The translations under genes and the position numbers were made by a program. The notes under the pieces were generated by a model that was given only the letters and a program-made list of their open reading frames with translations, made no database searches and was not told the origin of the DNA. Shown piece after piece: positions 39,807 to 49,475 of a stretch of DNA of 64,000 bases. How positions within the stretch are numbered: the first letter of the stretch is position 1; each line of letters opens with the position of its first letter. Source of the DNA: Myxococcota bacterium (lineage in GTDB: Bacteria; Myxococcota_A; Polyangia; Polyangiales; Houyiibacteriaceae); NCBI GenBank assembly GCA_028284955.1, contig JANQQS010000102.1, positions 76,275 to 140,274 of the forward strand, given 5' to 3'.

Positions 39807-40817
39807 ATGCGTAGGAAGGCTGCCGGGGGATTTCGTGCCTCTTGGGGCTTAGAAAAAAGCAACGCGTTCGCCACGTGGACTCAACCAGCTTGGCGTCGAC
39901 TGAGCTCCGTGATGTTCTTGGGCGCCGTCGTGTTTCTGGCTCCGATCGCGCTGTCGATGGCGGTTGCGATCCCTAAGACTGCAGTCGCGCAGCCTTCGGA
40001 GGAAGAAGCGGCAGGGGATAGCCAACCCGCAGAGAGCGGCGCGGACGACTCGGCTGGTCCATCTGAAGGCGCACCAAGCGGCGCTTCGGAAGGCGAGCCT
40101 GCCGAAGCGGGTGCCAGCGCGGGAGGCGAGGCCGCGGGCAGTGCCGCCGCAGGAGCGGGCGCGGAAGGCGGAGCGACCGGCGAGTCGCCCGAGGGTGCGA
40201 GCGGAGAAACGACGACGTCTGCGGAACGAGATCCGGAAATGGACGCCGGCACCTACGCGGTTCGGCTTCGCGATCTCGAGCAACGCATCAACGAACTTAA
40301 GGAGCAGATCTTCCGTTCCAAGGCTCGGCTGTCGCTGCTCGCCGAAACGGTACTGCAAGGCGTCGTCGCAGGTGCTCAATCGGTCATCGTTCACGAGAAC
40401 CGAATGTCGTCGTCGTATCGTCTGGTCAAAGCGACGTATGCGCTTGACGGCGCGCCGATTTTCAATCGCGCGGACGAAGAGGGCACCCTCGGGGAGCGAG
40501 AGGAGTTCCAAGTATACAACGGCAGCATCGTGCCTGGTGAACACACACTTACTGTGAATCTCGAATACCGCGGCCATGGATATGGGATTTTCTCGTATCT
40601 GAAGGGCTACCGATTCAAAGTTCGGTCGAACTACTCGTTCACCGCGCCCGAGGGGCGGGCGGTTACCGTTCGGGTCGTGGGATACGAGAAAGGGGGGCCG
40701 ACCGCGCCCCTCGAGGAACGACCCGCGATTCGCTACGTCGAGCGAGTGTCTGATCGTTCGCGAAGGCCGCCCAGCGAATCTTCGGACGAATCTCAAGGAG
40801 ACGAGGGAGACCAATAA
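39807..40817 (+). CDS. Secreted protein with an acidic linker, a coiled coil and a beta-rich C-terminal domain; first gene of the glt/nfs-like operon
   Basis: The signal peptide is 'VMFLGAVVFLAPIALSMAVAIPKTAVAQ'. A Glu/Gly/Ala/Ser-rich ~90-aa linker follows, then the coiled coil 'VRLRDLEQRINELKEQIFRSKARLSLL' and the beta-rich segment 'YRLVKATYALDG...HTLTVNLEYRGHGYGIFSY'. The stop overlaps the next start (TAATG). Confidence 0.6.
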   Translation: MRRKAAGGFRASWGLEKSNAFATWTQPAWRRLSSVMFLGAVVFLAPIALSMAVAIPKTAVAQPSEEEAAGDSQPAESGADDSAGPSEGAPSGASEGEPAEAGASAGGEAAGSAAAGAGAEGGATGESPEGASGETTTSAERDPEMDAGTYAVRLRDLEQRINELKEQIFRSKARLSLLAETVLQGVVAGAQSVIVHENRMSSSYRLVKATYALDGAPIFNRADEEGTLGEREEFQVYNGSIVPGEHTLTVNLEYRGHGYGIFSYLKGYRFKVRSNYSFTAPEGRAVTVRVVGYEKGGPTAPLEERPAIRYVERVSDRSRRPPSESSDESQGDEGDQ

Positions 40818-43231
40818 TGACGCGCGCTTTGGGCTCGGCGAGGTCGGGCCGTGCAAACGTGCGTAGTGTGGCTGCCAGGGTGTCGCCGATCGTGGGAGTC
40901 GGGGCGCTATGCTGCGCCAGCGCAGTTGGCGTGGCGGCCGATGCTGAGGCTCAAAACGCCGAGGAAGTCGCCCGAGATCTCACCGCCATTGAGGGCGACG
41001 CCCAAAACCTGACGCGCCAACCGCTCAGGCGCGGTCGTCTGCGAAGTCGCACGCATGTAGAGGAGCGCCTTACCGACGGCGAGCTTTTCTATCGCCTTCA
41101 AGACTACATTCGCGCCAGCATCATTTTTACTGATATCGTCGATAACTATCCGCGCCATCGAGCATACCCGGACGCATTGTTCCTGCTCGCGGATTCGCTC
41201 TTCCAGGCGGGTGACTACCTCGGGGCTCGGGCAAAATTCCGAGTGGTTATCGATCGTGCCGGCGAACCTGCGTTTCGTCCTTATGTTCAGCGGGCGCTCG
41301 GCCGACTGATCGAAATCGCCATTCACATTCGGGACTTTGAAGGGGTGGAAGAACACTTTCAGCGTCTCAGTCGTTTGCCGCCGACCGAAGTGGAAGCCAC
41401 TACGGCCTACTTCCGCGCCAAGTATTTGTACAACAAGGCGGTTCCGGTCGACGAAGTGATGCGCGACGGGGACGATGCCGCGGCGATGCCGGAAGTAGAT
41501 TCCTCGACGCTCGAAGAGTCGCGCCGTGCATTCGAAGCGGTACCACAGGGTAGCCCCTACTACCCCCAAGCGCGATACTTCATCGGTGTGATCCACACGT
41601 TGCGGGGCGAGCTACCGCAGGCGATCGAAGCGTTCCGACGCGTGCTGCGGGGGAAAGGCGAGACGCTGGAGCATCGCAAGGTGGCTCACCTGACCCGCGT
41701 AGCCCTCGGCAGACTGTATTACGAGACGAATCAGCTCGACCAAGCGATCGAGGCATACCAGTCGGTTCCACGTACGTCGGAGCATTTCGATACCGCGCTC
41801 TATGAAATAGCCTGGGTCTACATTCGCCTGGGCGACGCGACTCGCGCGGAGCGGGCGCTCGAAGTGCTCTCGGTGGCAGCGCCGAGCAGTAAGTACATTC
41901 CAGACGGCAAGCTGCTGCGGGGCAATCTGCTGCTTCGAAACGGTCGCTTGGATGCCGCAAACAAGGTGTTCCGGTCGGTGCGCACGGAGTTCGGTCCGGT
42001 ATACCGAGAGCTCGAGGAGGTTCGTGAGCAACACGAAGACCTGCTCGGGTATTTTCGTGGGCTCGTTCGAGAGAATCTCGATACGTTCGATGCAGCGTCC
42101 ATCGTGCCGCCGAGTGCGCAGAAATGGACCACGCCGGGTAGCGACTTTGACCGCGCGATGTCCGCGCTGTCCGACCTGAGCCAATCGCGTCAGCTTGTTG
42201 CCGAAACAAGCGATCTCATTGTGCGCCTCAACGCTGCGATCGGTTCACCCAACCGCGTGAGTGTGTTTCCAGACTTGCGCTCTCAACGTGAACGGACGAC
42301 GGCCATTCGCAACCGTTTGGCTCGCGCACAGCGTGCGCTGATCCGAATCGAGGAATCCAACTCGTCAGGCGAAAGTGGGGAACTTCGCGAAGTCCGCGCG
42401 CAGCGGCGGCGCATCGAACGTTCGCTCGGTCGTATGCCCACCGACAACGACGATTTCATTATTCGAGACGACCAGTTGCTCAGTCGATATCGTCGGTTGC
42501 GGCGAGATTTGAGCGCACTCGAGGTCGAGCTGCTCGGTATCGAAGCACGAATCGTAGCCACCGATACGTTTGTCGGTGCCACTGCGAACGAGCAGCAAAA
42601 CGCCGAGGCGGTGACCAGCGAGCTCGGGCAGCACCGCGACGCAGTGGCGCGCTATCGTGAGCAGATCGCGGAGCTCGAGCGTCTGATCGAGATCGGTCGG
42701 ATCCAAGTGGGGGTAGGCGACGCACGCTATCGGCGGGACGACCGACTGCGGAATGAATATACGCAACTGCTTGAGCGCGAGCGCCGCTTGAGCGGCGGGC
42801 GACGGCCGGAGACAGACCGTTTGTTTGGGAAGATCGTTCGAGTGGAATCGATGCTCGATCGGCGCGATGCCCAGATCGAGCGCGTCGTCGAGGAACGCGT
42901 GAACGAGATGAAGCGGGTGATCGATGAAGAAAGCCAGAAGCTTACGGGCTATCAAGAATCGCTGGCTGCGCTCGAGGGCGAAACCGAAGAGGTGGTCGGT
43001 GCGGTGGCGTATGCGTCGTTCGGAGAGATTCGCGATCGGTTCTACAGCCTTGTACTACGCGCGGACGTCGGACGGATCGATGTGACGTGGGCGCGGCGCG
43101 AAGAGCACCGCACCCGTGTTGACATGCTGACCCGCGAGCGCTCCCGAGAGCTTCAGGCGCTCGACGACGAGTTTCGCGACATCATGGATGAACAGCCGGC
43201 CGGTGAGGAAGAAGAGGGAGGCGATCAGTGA
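40817..43231 (+). CDS. Periplasmic TPR plus long coiled-coil protein (GltC/NfsC-like position)
   Basis: The signal peptide is 'IVGVGALCCASAVGVAADAEAQ'. YbgF-like TPRs are present ('YRLQDYIRASIIF..YPRHRAYPDALFLLADSLFQAGDYLGAR'). About 350 aa of heptad-rich sequence and an acidic tail follow. Confidence 0.6.
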   Translation: MTRALGSARSGRANVRSVAARVSPIVGVGALCCASAVGVAADAEAQNAEEVARDLTAIEGDAQNLTRQPLRRGRLRSRTHVEERLTDGELFYRLQDYIRASIIFTDIVDNYPRHRAYPDALFLLADSLFQAGDYLGARAKFRVVIDRAGEPAFRPYVQRALGRLIEIAIHIRDFEGVEEHFQRLSRLPPTEVEATTAYFRAKYLYNKAVPVDEVMRDGDDAAAMPEVDSSTLEESRRAFEAVPQGSPYYPQARYFIGVIHTLRGELPQAIEAFRRVLRGKGETLEHRKVAHLTRVALGRLYYETNQLDQAIEAYQSVPRTSEHFDTALYEIAWVYIRLGDATRAERALEVLSVAAPSSKYIPDGKLLRGNLLLRNGRLDAANKVFRSVRTEFGPVYRELEEVREQHEDLLGYFRGLVRENLDTFDAASIVPPSAQKWTTPGSDFDRAMSALSDLSQSRQLVAETSDLIVRLNAAIGSPNRVSVFPDLRSQRERTTAIRNRLARAQRALIRIEESNSSGESGELREVRAQRRRIERSLGRMPTDNDDFIIRDDQLLSRYRRLRRDLSALEVELLGIEARIVATDTFVGATANEQQNAEAVTSELGQHRDAVARYREQIAELERLIEIGRIQVGVGDARYRRDDRLRNEYTQLLERERRLSGGRRPETDRLFGKIVRVESMLDRRDAQIERVVEERVNEMKRVIDEESQKLTGYQESLAALEGETEEVVGAVAYASFGEIRDRFYSLVLRADVGRIDVTWARREEHRTRVDMLTRERSRELQALDDEFRDIMDEQPAGEEEEGGDQ

Positions 43232-46200
43232 GCCTCGGACGAGTGCAGGCGCGCGTCGCAATCTTGGCGGCTCTTTCAGTTTTTCTAGCGGTTCCGTTTT
43301 TGCGAGCGCAGCCGTCGGAGGACGAAAGCGCTTCGCAAACAGACAAATCTTCCTCTGGGCGTCGCACGTCGGACACGTCGGGAGCGGAGGGCGGTGACGC
43401 CCAATCTGGCGCGAGCGAGTCTGGCGCCAGCAGCGAAAACGGCAGCGAAGCGACCGACTCACAAGGTGCGGCTCCACAAGATTCGGGAGGCACTCCACAG
43501 CCGACCGAGGAAGGGCAAGACGCCTCTGCCGCGAGCAGCTCAGAGGAAGGAGCAGGTTCTGGAAATACTTCTGGCGAAGTTCCGTTGCCGTCTTTCTTGG
43601 ATACCACGGATCGCCGGATCGTAGACGAGCGACCGCCGCCCTCGCCGGAGCAAGTTGCCGCGCTGCGAGAGATGGAAAAGGAAGTTGAGCGTTTTCAGCT
43701 CGTGGGCCAATCGTATCGGGCGACTGTGGTGTCGCTGGTGCGGCGAGAGTACCTCCGCCAGCGTCGCGGCCGTGACCAGTGGTACGGTCGGCAAATTCGC
43801 GATGAAGAGCGGATGCTCAACGAGGCTCGCGCGAACGCGATTCGTCAGTTCGAGCGTTTTATCGAGCGCTATCCAGACGACCCGACGTACACCCCGGACG
43901 CCATGTTTCGTCTCGGGGAACTCTATTTTGAGCGGAGCGCGGTTCAGTTTCAGGAGCAGTATGATGCGGCCCAGGCGGCTCGCGACCGCGGCGACGAAGA
44001 CGTCGAGCTTCCCGAGACCCCCGACTACCTGCCCACCATCGAACTCTACAAGCGTTTGGTTCGGAACTTTCCCGACTACCGCCGCATCGACGGCGTTCTG
44101 TATCTGATCGGCTACTGCTTGAACGAAATGGGGGAAATCGACGAGGCGCGTGAAGCCTGGTTGGCGCTTGCGTGTGCCAATAAGCATAAATACGACGCTT
44201 CGGAAAAGGTTCCTGACGAAGCAGAGCTGGCTGGCGAAGGCACCGAGGACGGCGATTCTGAAAAGGAAGCTGACCATCCCGCGCTCGAGCTCGACAAAGA
44301 AGAAGAAGAGGTTGCCGCGACGGGTCCGTTCGTCGATCCCTATCGCGATTGCAAACCGGTTCAGGAAGACGCGCGCTTCGTCAGCGAGACATGGTTTCGT
44401 ATCGGCGAGTACCACTTTGACGATTACGGCTCGCCACACGCGCTGGACCTAGCGATCAGCGCGTACAATCGCATTCTCACGGAGCCGGAGGACCGAAACT
44501 ACAACCTCGCTTTGTACAAGGTCGCTTGGGCGTACTACCGAGCGAGTCGGTATCCCGAGGCGATCAAGCATTTTGGGATGCTGGTGCAGTGGTCGGACGA
44601 TGAGCGTCAGCGAACCGGAAAGGCCGGTTCCGAACTACGCCCCGAGGCGATTCAATATCTAGGTATTGCGTTCGCGTACGACGATTGGAACGAGAATCAG
44701 GTTCCTGATCCCATTGAAGGGCAGCAAACGGGAATCGAACGGATTCAGAGCCCCAACCTGCTACCGCAAGATCGACCGTGGACGCCTGATGTGTACTTCC
44801 AGCTCGGTCAGGTTTACTTCGACGAGGCCAAATACCCGGAGGCCATTGCAGTCTGGCGCTTGGCGCTGGAGAAATGGCCGAACCACCGCATGGCGCCCGA
44901 GATAACAAACTTGGTGGCTCGCGCGCACCAGCGCCACAACGAGTTTGAAGATGCGATCGCGGCGCGCTCAGAGCTCGCTCGGTTTACCGAGGGTGGGGAC
45001 TGGTGGAACGCAAACGTCGACAATCCGAAGGAGCAGCGGCGTGCCGAGCAGCTCGCCGAAAACGCGCTCATCGCCACCGCCATTCATCACCATACCGAGG
45101 CTCAAAAGCTGCGAAGCCAGTGTGTCGCGGAGCAGGACGTTTCGAAATGCCGGTTGGCGCAGGAGCAATATGGGCTAGCCGCGGCAGCCTATCGTGGATA
45201 CCTCGAGCGATATCCCAACAACCCGCAGGCGTACGAGCTGCGATACAACCTCGCCGACGCGCTTTATTGGTCTGAAAATTACGAAGAAGCAGCCAAAGAA
45301 TACGCGGCCGTTCGCGACTCGAATCTTGACGACGCGCATCTTGCCGAATCGGCGCGGCGTGTCGTGGAGTCCATGAAGCGGATTGTCGATGCGGCGGTCG
45401 AACGGGGCGAGATTACAGTTCGGAACGAACCTCCGGCCGTGTCCGGTACTCCGCCCACGGTGCGGCCGACGGAGATGCCACAGCTTGTGCAAAGGCTTGC
45501 CCGGGCTCGCGAGATGTACATTGCGCGCGTGAGCGAAGAGCAGGATAGCGAGAATGTTCGCGAGGCGTACGATTACAACAACGCGCTTCTGCTCTACTGG
45601 TATGGCTACTGGCCCCAGGCGAAGAAGCGCTTTGAACGCATTTTTGATGAGCGCTGCACCGGTCGCTACGCGGATGAGACCGGCCGCGTCGCGTGGCTCA
45701 ATCTGCGCGAGATGGCGGTGCGGCTGCAGAACAATGACGAGCTTGAGCGGCTGGCCGCCGAGCTTCAAAAGCGCAAATGTACGTTTAGTTCGGATGAGAA
45801 CGCGGCTGCAGAGGTCGACTGTTCGCAGCCGGAGAATGCGGAACATCCCTTTTGCCTGGTGCAGGGAGACCTCAACGCGATCCAGTATCGGCGCGCGATC
45901 GAGGTGTACAAGAAGGCGGAGGGCGCGAGCGGTGATGAGCAGCGGCGCCTCTACGAGAGAGCGGCGACCATGTTGGTCAAAGCGGTCAACGAGAATCCGA
46001 ATGACCCCCAGGCACCGGTTGCTCTCGAATGGGCGGCAACAGCATTAGAACGCACGAGTCGGTTCGAATCGGCGGCGACGCTATATCAAAGGATTGTGAA
46101 CGAAGTGGGTCCGCGTCGTGCAGGAAGCGCTGAGGAGCAGGCTCGTCTCGATGCGATTTTGGCGAACGCGTACTTTCGCCTGGCGTTCAACGCGAACCGG

Positions 46201-47319
46201 TTTTTCGATTTCGATCGCGCGGTGGAGAACTACCGGGTGCTTGCCGATACCGACCGGTTTGAGAAATCGGGTGACGCCAAGGTGCAAGAGAAACGCGAAG
46301 ATGCGTTGATCAATGCGGCGATTATTCTTGAGCGCTTGCAGCGTTATGACCAAGCGACGCGATATTATCGTCGGGCGTACAGCTCCGTTTCTGATCCTGC
46401 GATCAAGCGTCGAGCGCTCTATCGAATCGGCGAAATCGCTTACAAGCAAAAGAACTGGAGCCGCACTGTCCGTGAGATGAGAAACTTCATCAAGAAATAC
46501 GGAGGCGATTCCTCGGCAGGCGAACTGGTGGTGTTGGCGCACTGGCGCATCGCGCAAGCGCGAAAAGCAGATCGGCAGGTCCGCGATTATCCGAAGGCCC
46601 TCGAAGCGGTGACCCAAGCGTTTAGCCGTTCAGGCCAAGCGGCGGGCTCCATTGCCGCTGAATACGCCGCGGAAGCGCGATTCCGGTTGGTGGATCCAGA
46701 AATCAAGAGCTTCGAGCGCTTTTCGATCAAACCGGGCCGTCCGGCGGACATGAAGGCCTACGTGCGTACGGTCACTTCCCAGATTGAATCCGGCGCGCGT
46801 CAGGCGCAGACACTGTCTGACGGGTACAGTCCCGTGCTCGCGTACCGGCGACCGACGTGGACGATCGCCTCCTTTGTTCGGCAGGGTCGAGTGTACGAGA
46901 TTTTGGCGCGAGCAGTGCTCAACGCGCCGTTTGTGATGCCCGCCGATATGCAACGACAGCTTCGCAGGGTCGGCCCGGATGCGCGCGAAGACGTGCGCAT
47001 TCAGGTGGAGGACCAGATTCGCCAAGTGCTCGATGAGCGAGTGCGGCCTATCGAATGTCTCGCCGTGGCGCGATACGCGCTTGCCGCGCGGGCGGCGCAA
47101 GCGGGAAGCATCGACGATGAGTATACCCGCGTAGCCATTGACCGGCTGCAGGCCTACGGCGACGAGCGCATCGCGGAGTGCATCGCCGAAGCGCAGCGAG
47201 CCGACTCCAGCTTCAAAGCTTATCGAGCGGGAGAGTTCACTCGCGCGCCGCGGGGCCAGGTCATGACGATTCGCCCTGGAACGGGAGCGCCGCCGCTAGC
47301 ATCGGGGGGTCGTCGATGA
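43228..47319 (+). CDS. Very large (1363 aa) secreted TPR protein, GltD/NfsD (AgmU)-like by size and position
   Basis: The signal peptide is 'VAILAALSVFLAVPFLRAQ'. An acidic Ser/Gly/Glu linker is followed by TPR-like repeats throughout ('YPDDPTYTPDAMFRLGELYFE', 'YNLALYKVAWAYYRASRYPEAIKHF'). The GTG start overlaps the preceding stop (GTGA). Confidence 0.6.
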   Translation: MSLGRVQARVAILAALSVFLAVPFLRAQPSEDESASQTDKSSSGRRTSDTSGAEGGDAQSGASESGASSENGSEATDSQGAAPQDSGGTPQPTEEGQDASAASSSEEGAGSGNTSGEVPLPSFLDTTDRRIVDERPPPSPEQVAALREMEKEVERFQLVGQSYRATVVSLVRREYLRQRRGRDQWYGRQIRDEERMLNEARANAIRQFERFIERYPDDPTYTPDAMFRLGELYFERSAVQFQEQYDAAQAARDRGDEDVELPETPDYLPTIELYKRLVRNFPDYRRIDGVLYLIGYCLNEMGEIDEAREAWLALACANKHKYDASEKVPDEAELAGEGTEDGDSEKEADHPALELDKEEEEVAATGPFVDPYRDCKPVQEDARFVSETWFRIGEYHFDDYGSPHALDLAISAYNRILTEPEDRNYNLALYKVAWAYYRASRYPEAIKHFGMLVQWSDDERQRTGKAGSELRPEAIQYLGIAFAYDDWNENQVPDPIEGQQTGIERIQSPNLLPQDRPWTPDVYFQLGQVYFDEAKYPEAIAVWRLALEKWPNHRMAPEITNLVARAHQRHNEFEDAIAARSELARFTEGGDWWNANVDNPKEQRRAEQLAENALIATAIHHHTEAQKLRSQCVAEQDVSKCRLAQEQYGLAAAAYRGYLERYPNNPQAYELRYNLADALYWSENYEEAAKEYAAVRDSNLDDAHLAESARRVVESMKRIVDAAVERGEITVRNEPPAVSGTPPTVRPTEMPQLVQRLARAREMYIARVSEEQDSENVREAYDYNNALLLYWYGYWPQAKKRFERIFDERCTGRYADETGRVAWLNLREMAVRLQNNDELERLAAELQKRKCTFSSDENAAAEVDCSQPENAEHPFCLVQGDLNAIQYRRAIEVYKKAEGASGDEQRRLYERAATMLVKAVNENPNDPQAPVALEWAATALERTSRFESAATLYQRIVNEVGPRRAGSAEEQARLDAILANAYFRLAFNANRFFDFDRAVENYRVLADTDRFEKSGDAKVQEKREDALINAAIILERLQRYDQATRYYRRAYSSVSDPAIKRRALYRIGEIAYKQKNWSRTVREMRNFIKKYGGDSSAGELVVLAHWRIAQARKADRQVRDYPKALEAVTQAFSRSGQAAGSIAAEYAAEARFRLVDPEIKSFERFSIKPGRPADMKAYVRTVTSQIESGARQAQTLSDGYSPVLAYRRPTWTIASFVRQGRVYEILARAVLNAPFVMPADMQRQLRRVGPDAREDVRIQVEDQIRQVLDERVRPIECLAVARYALAARAAQAGSIDDEYTRVAIDRLQAYGDERIAECIAEAQRADSSFKAYRAGEFTRAPRGQVMTIRPGTGAPPLASGGRR

Positions 47320-48704
47320 TGGTCGTTCGTGTAGAAGAGCGTCGCTGGCTCGTCTCCGTCATTGCATGTGCGCTAGCGCTGGGCTCAGCGTGTAAACGCG
47401 ACGGTGGGGGAACGACTCCAGAAGGGTCCGCCTCCGCTGGAGGATCGGGCGGCGAAACAGCAGCGGGGGAAGACGGCGCCATCGAGGACCAGGATTGGGA
47501 CGGCGACGGCAAACCAGATTCATCCCAACCTGGTGAAGAAGGCACGAGCCAGTGGGGGGCGACCCGGGCCGAGCAATGCCGACAAAACCCGCGTCCGGAA
47601 ATGAAGTCCTCGGCGCAAGGGCCGTTTCGCGATGGTGTGCGAGCAGCCGGCGCGGGCGACGTTGCAGGCGCGCGTCGTTTATTTCAGCAAGCGCTGAGCG
47701 CTGACCCGAAAGCGTACCAAGCTGCATACAACCTGGGTGTTCTCGCCGATCGCTCGGGTCAAGAATCCAAGGCGATCGAGCAGTATCAAAACACGCTGCG
47801 CATTCAGTCTGATTATGCACCGGCCGCCAAAGGGATCGTCACCATTCATCTGCGGCGCGGCCAAGTTTCGCGAGCAGTTTCGTTTGTGGAACCCGTCGCG
47901 AGGAAACATGGGAACAATCTCGCGATACAAGCGCTTGCGGCCGAGGTGATGGTGCAGGCAGAGCGCTTCGACGATGCGTGGACGCTCGCGCGGAAGGCGC
48001 TCAAATGTGACGAGCGATACGTACCGGCCCTGATCGCGCTGGTGAAGGCGAGCCGCAAGCAAGGGCGAAAAGAACTAGCCGAGTCGATTCTCGACCAAGC
48101 GTTGGGGATGCAGGGAAACAACGCGGAGCTGCATTTTTTGAAGGGTATGATGTTGCGGGACGAGCCCGGCCGCTTGCGCGACTCGATGAAAGAGTTTCGA
48201 CGCGCAGTTGAGCTCCGACCTTCCTACGCCGAGGCTCGGATGGCGCTGGGCGTGCAGCTCCTCGCAGGAGGAAATTACAACGAAGCGGTTGCCCAGTTCG
48301 AGGCGGCAGTGCGGCTGACCCCGACGGTGACCGCCGTGCACTTGAATCTCGCGGACGCGTATCGTGCAAATAAGCAGTGGGCGAAGGCCAAAGCCTCGTT
48401 CGATCGGGTATTGAGATCGAAGCCTGATTTGCCTCAAGCTCATTTCAATCTCGGGCTTATGTACCTCACCGCGAAAGGAGATTTTCCCGGTCTGGATGAG
48501 CTCGGAGCGCTTAAGAAAGCCGTGGAAGAGTTTACGAAGTATCGCAATGTGATGGGACCCCGGCTGCCTCGCGACGATCAGAGCGAAGAATATCTTCGTG
48601 ATTTGAAGCGGCAGATCGAGCGTACCGAACGTCGCATCGAGCGAGACAAAGCGAGGAAGAAGCGTGCGGCGGAGCGCGGTGCGCGCGGGGAAGCAAGCCA
48701 GTGA
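47316..48704 (+). CDS. TPR-repeat lipoprotein, GltE/NfsE (AglT)-like
   Basis: The ATGATG start overlaps the upstream stop (ATGA at 47316-47319). The lipobox is 'ACALALGSAC'. An acidic linker is followed by about 8 canonical TPRs ('AYNLGVLADRSGQESKAIEQYQNTLRIQSDYAPA'...) and a basic coiled tail. Confidence 0.65.
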   Translation: MMVVRVEERRWLVSVIACALALGSACKRDGGGTTPEGSASAGGSGGETAAGEDGAIEDQDWDGDGKPDSSQPGEEGTSQWGATRAEQCRQNPRPEMKSSAQGPFRDGVRAAGAGDVAGARRLFQQALSADPKAYQAAYNLGVLADRSGQESKAIEQYQNTLRIQSDYAPAAKGIVTIHLRRGQVSRAVSFVEPVARKHGNNLAIQALAAEVMVQAERFDDAWTLARKALKCDERYVPALIALVKASRKQGRKELAESILDQALGMQGNNAELHFLKGMMLRDEPGRLRDSMKEFRRAVELRPSYAEARMALGVQLLAGGNYNEAVAQFEAAVRLTPTVTAVHLNLADAYRANKQWAKAKASFDRVLRSKPDLPQAHFNLGLMYLTAKGDFPGLDELGALKKAVEEFTKYRNVMGPRLPRDDQSEEYLRDLKRQIERTERRIERDKARKKRAAERGARGEASQ

Positions 48705-48997
48705 TGGGAAGCGCTATGCAAACATCAACATCCAGGATGCGGACAGTGTTCCTTGCCCTTTTGCTGATCTGCGGGCTTGCAGGATGGTTTTTGCCATCGA
48801 CGAGTCATGCGCAAGGTCGTGGTCGCCGTTCCGGGCCGCGGGTCATTCAGCTAGAAGAAATTCGGATAGAAGGCCGCGTGCAAAAGCCCAATGCCTTCTA
48901 CATTCTGAACCGCTCGAATCTTGGATACGAAGTGTTGGATCTACGAACCAGCTTTCTACGAGAAATCGTGCGGAGTGTACAACGCCCTCCTTTTTGA
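48701..48997 (+). CDS. Small (about 97 aa) signal-anchored protein, GltF/NfsF-like position
   Basis: The GTGATG start overlaps the upstream stop. The signal/anchor is 'VFLALLLICGLAGWFLPSTSHAQ'. The conserved-looking core is 'VIQLEEIRIEGRVQKPNAFYILNRS'. Confidence 0.55.
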   Translation: MMGSAMQTSTSRMRTVFLALLLICGLAGWFLPSTSHAQGRGRRSGPRVIQLEEIRIEGRVQKPNAFYILNRSNLGYEVLDLRTSFLREIVRSVQRPPF

Positions 48998-49044
48998 GCG
49001 GGTCTGGCCGTCCGTTTGTTTGAGTGTTTGGCGCTGTTTTGTCT

Positions 49045-49460
49045 GAGGGTTTGGCACCCAAACCCTCTCGTCGGGGTACGCCCCCGCCGATTCACCCAAG
49101 CTCCCCCGCCAGGAAGCACGTGACCTGGTTGCGTGAGGGTGAACTGCGGGGTCTCCGCCGCTTTGCGTCGGGGCGGCCGCGGAAGCGGCCGGAGTCGGGA
49201 GGGGGACCCGAGCGGGTCGTACCCGGAGGGTTTGCCTCAAACCCTCCAGAGAACACAGCTCCCCCTCCAGGATGCACGCGATCTGGTTGTCTAGTGGGTG
49301 AACTGCGGTGGTCAGTTCGCACAATCACCGCAACGAACGTGCAACGCGTAACCGGGGCCCCGTCGCGGAGCGATGGGGCGGCCGCGAACGCGGCCGGCGT
49401 CGGGAGGGGGGCCCCGCGGAATCGTATTCCGCGGGGGGAGGGGCTGCGGCCAGCCCCTCC
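49045..49460 (+). repeat. Structured intergenic region: two diverged copies of a ~160-210 bp unit, each with a perfect 10-bp hairpin and two conserved blocks, ending in two adjacent strong hairpins
   Basis: Hairpins are GAGGGTTTGG-cac-CCAAACCCTC (49045-49067) and GGAGGGTTTG-cct-CAAACCCTCC (49225-49247). Block 49099-49153 aligns with 49257-49313, and block 49169-49209 aligns with 49375-49415; the latter contains GGCCGC-ggaa-GCGGCC versus GGCCGC-gaac-GCGGCC. The terminal hairpins are 49412-49436 (11 bp) and 49437-49460 (10 bp). Confidence 0.8.
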
Positions 49461-49475
49461 AGAAATGAGCGCACT

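Noticed and set aside
47178-47315. An upstream start at 47178 for the TPR lipoprotein (508-aa ORF).
   Set aside because: The first 46 residues overlap the 3' end of the 1363-aa gene and are not signal-like. The ATGATG at 47316 overlaps the upstream stop and is followed at once by a lipoprotein signal peptide.
49050-49066. TTGGCACCCAAACCC resembles the -24 element (TGGCAC) of a sigma54 promoter and sits downstream of a sigma54 activator gene.
   Set aside because: There is no TTGC at the required -12 spacing, and the TGGCAC is simply the loop and 3' arm of a perfect hairpin. The other TGGCAC occurrences (33966, and the 62356/62371 repeat units) lie inside genes and lack a -12 element.
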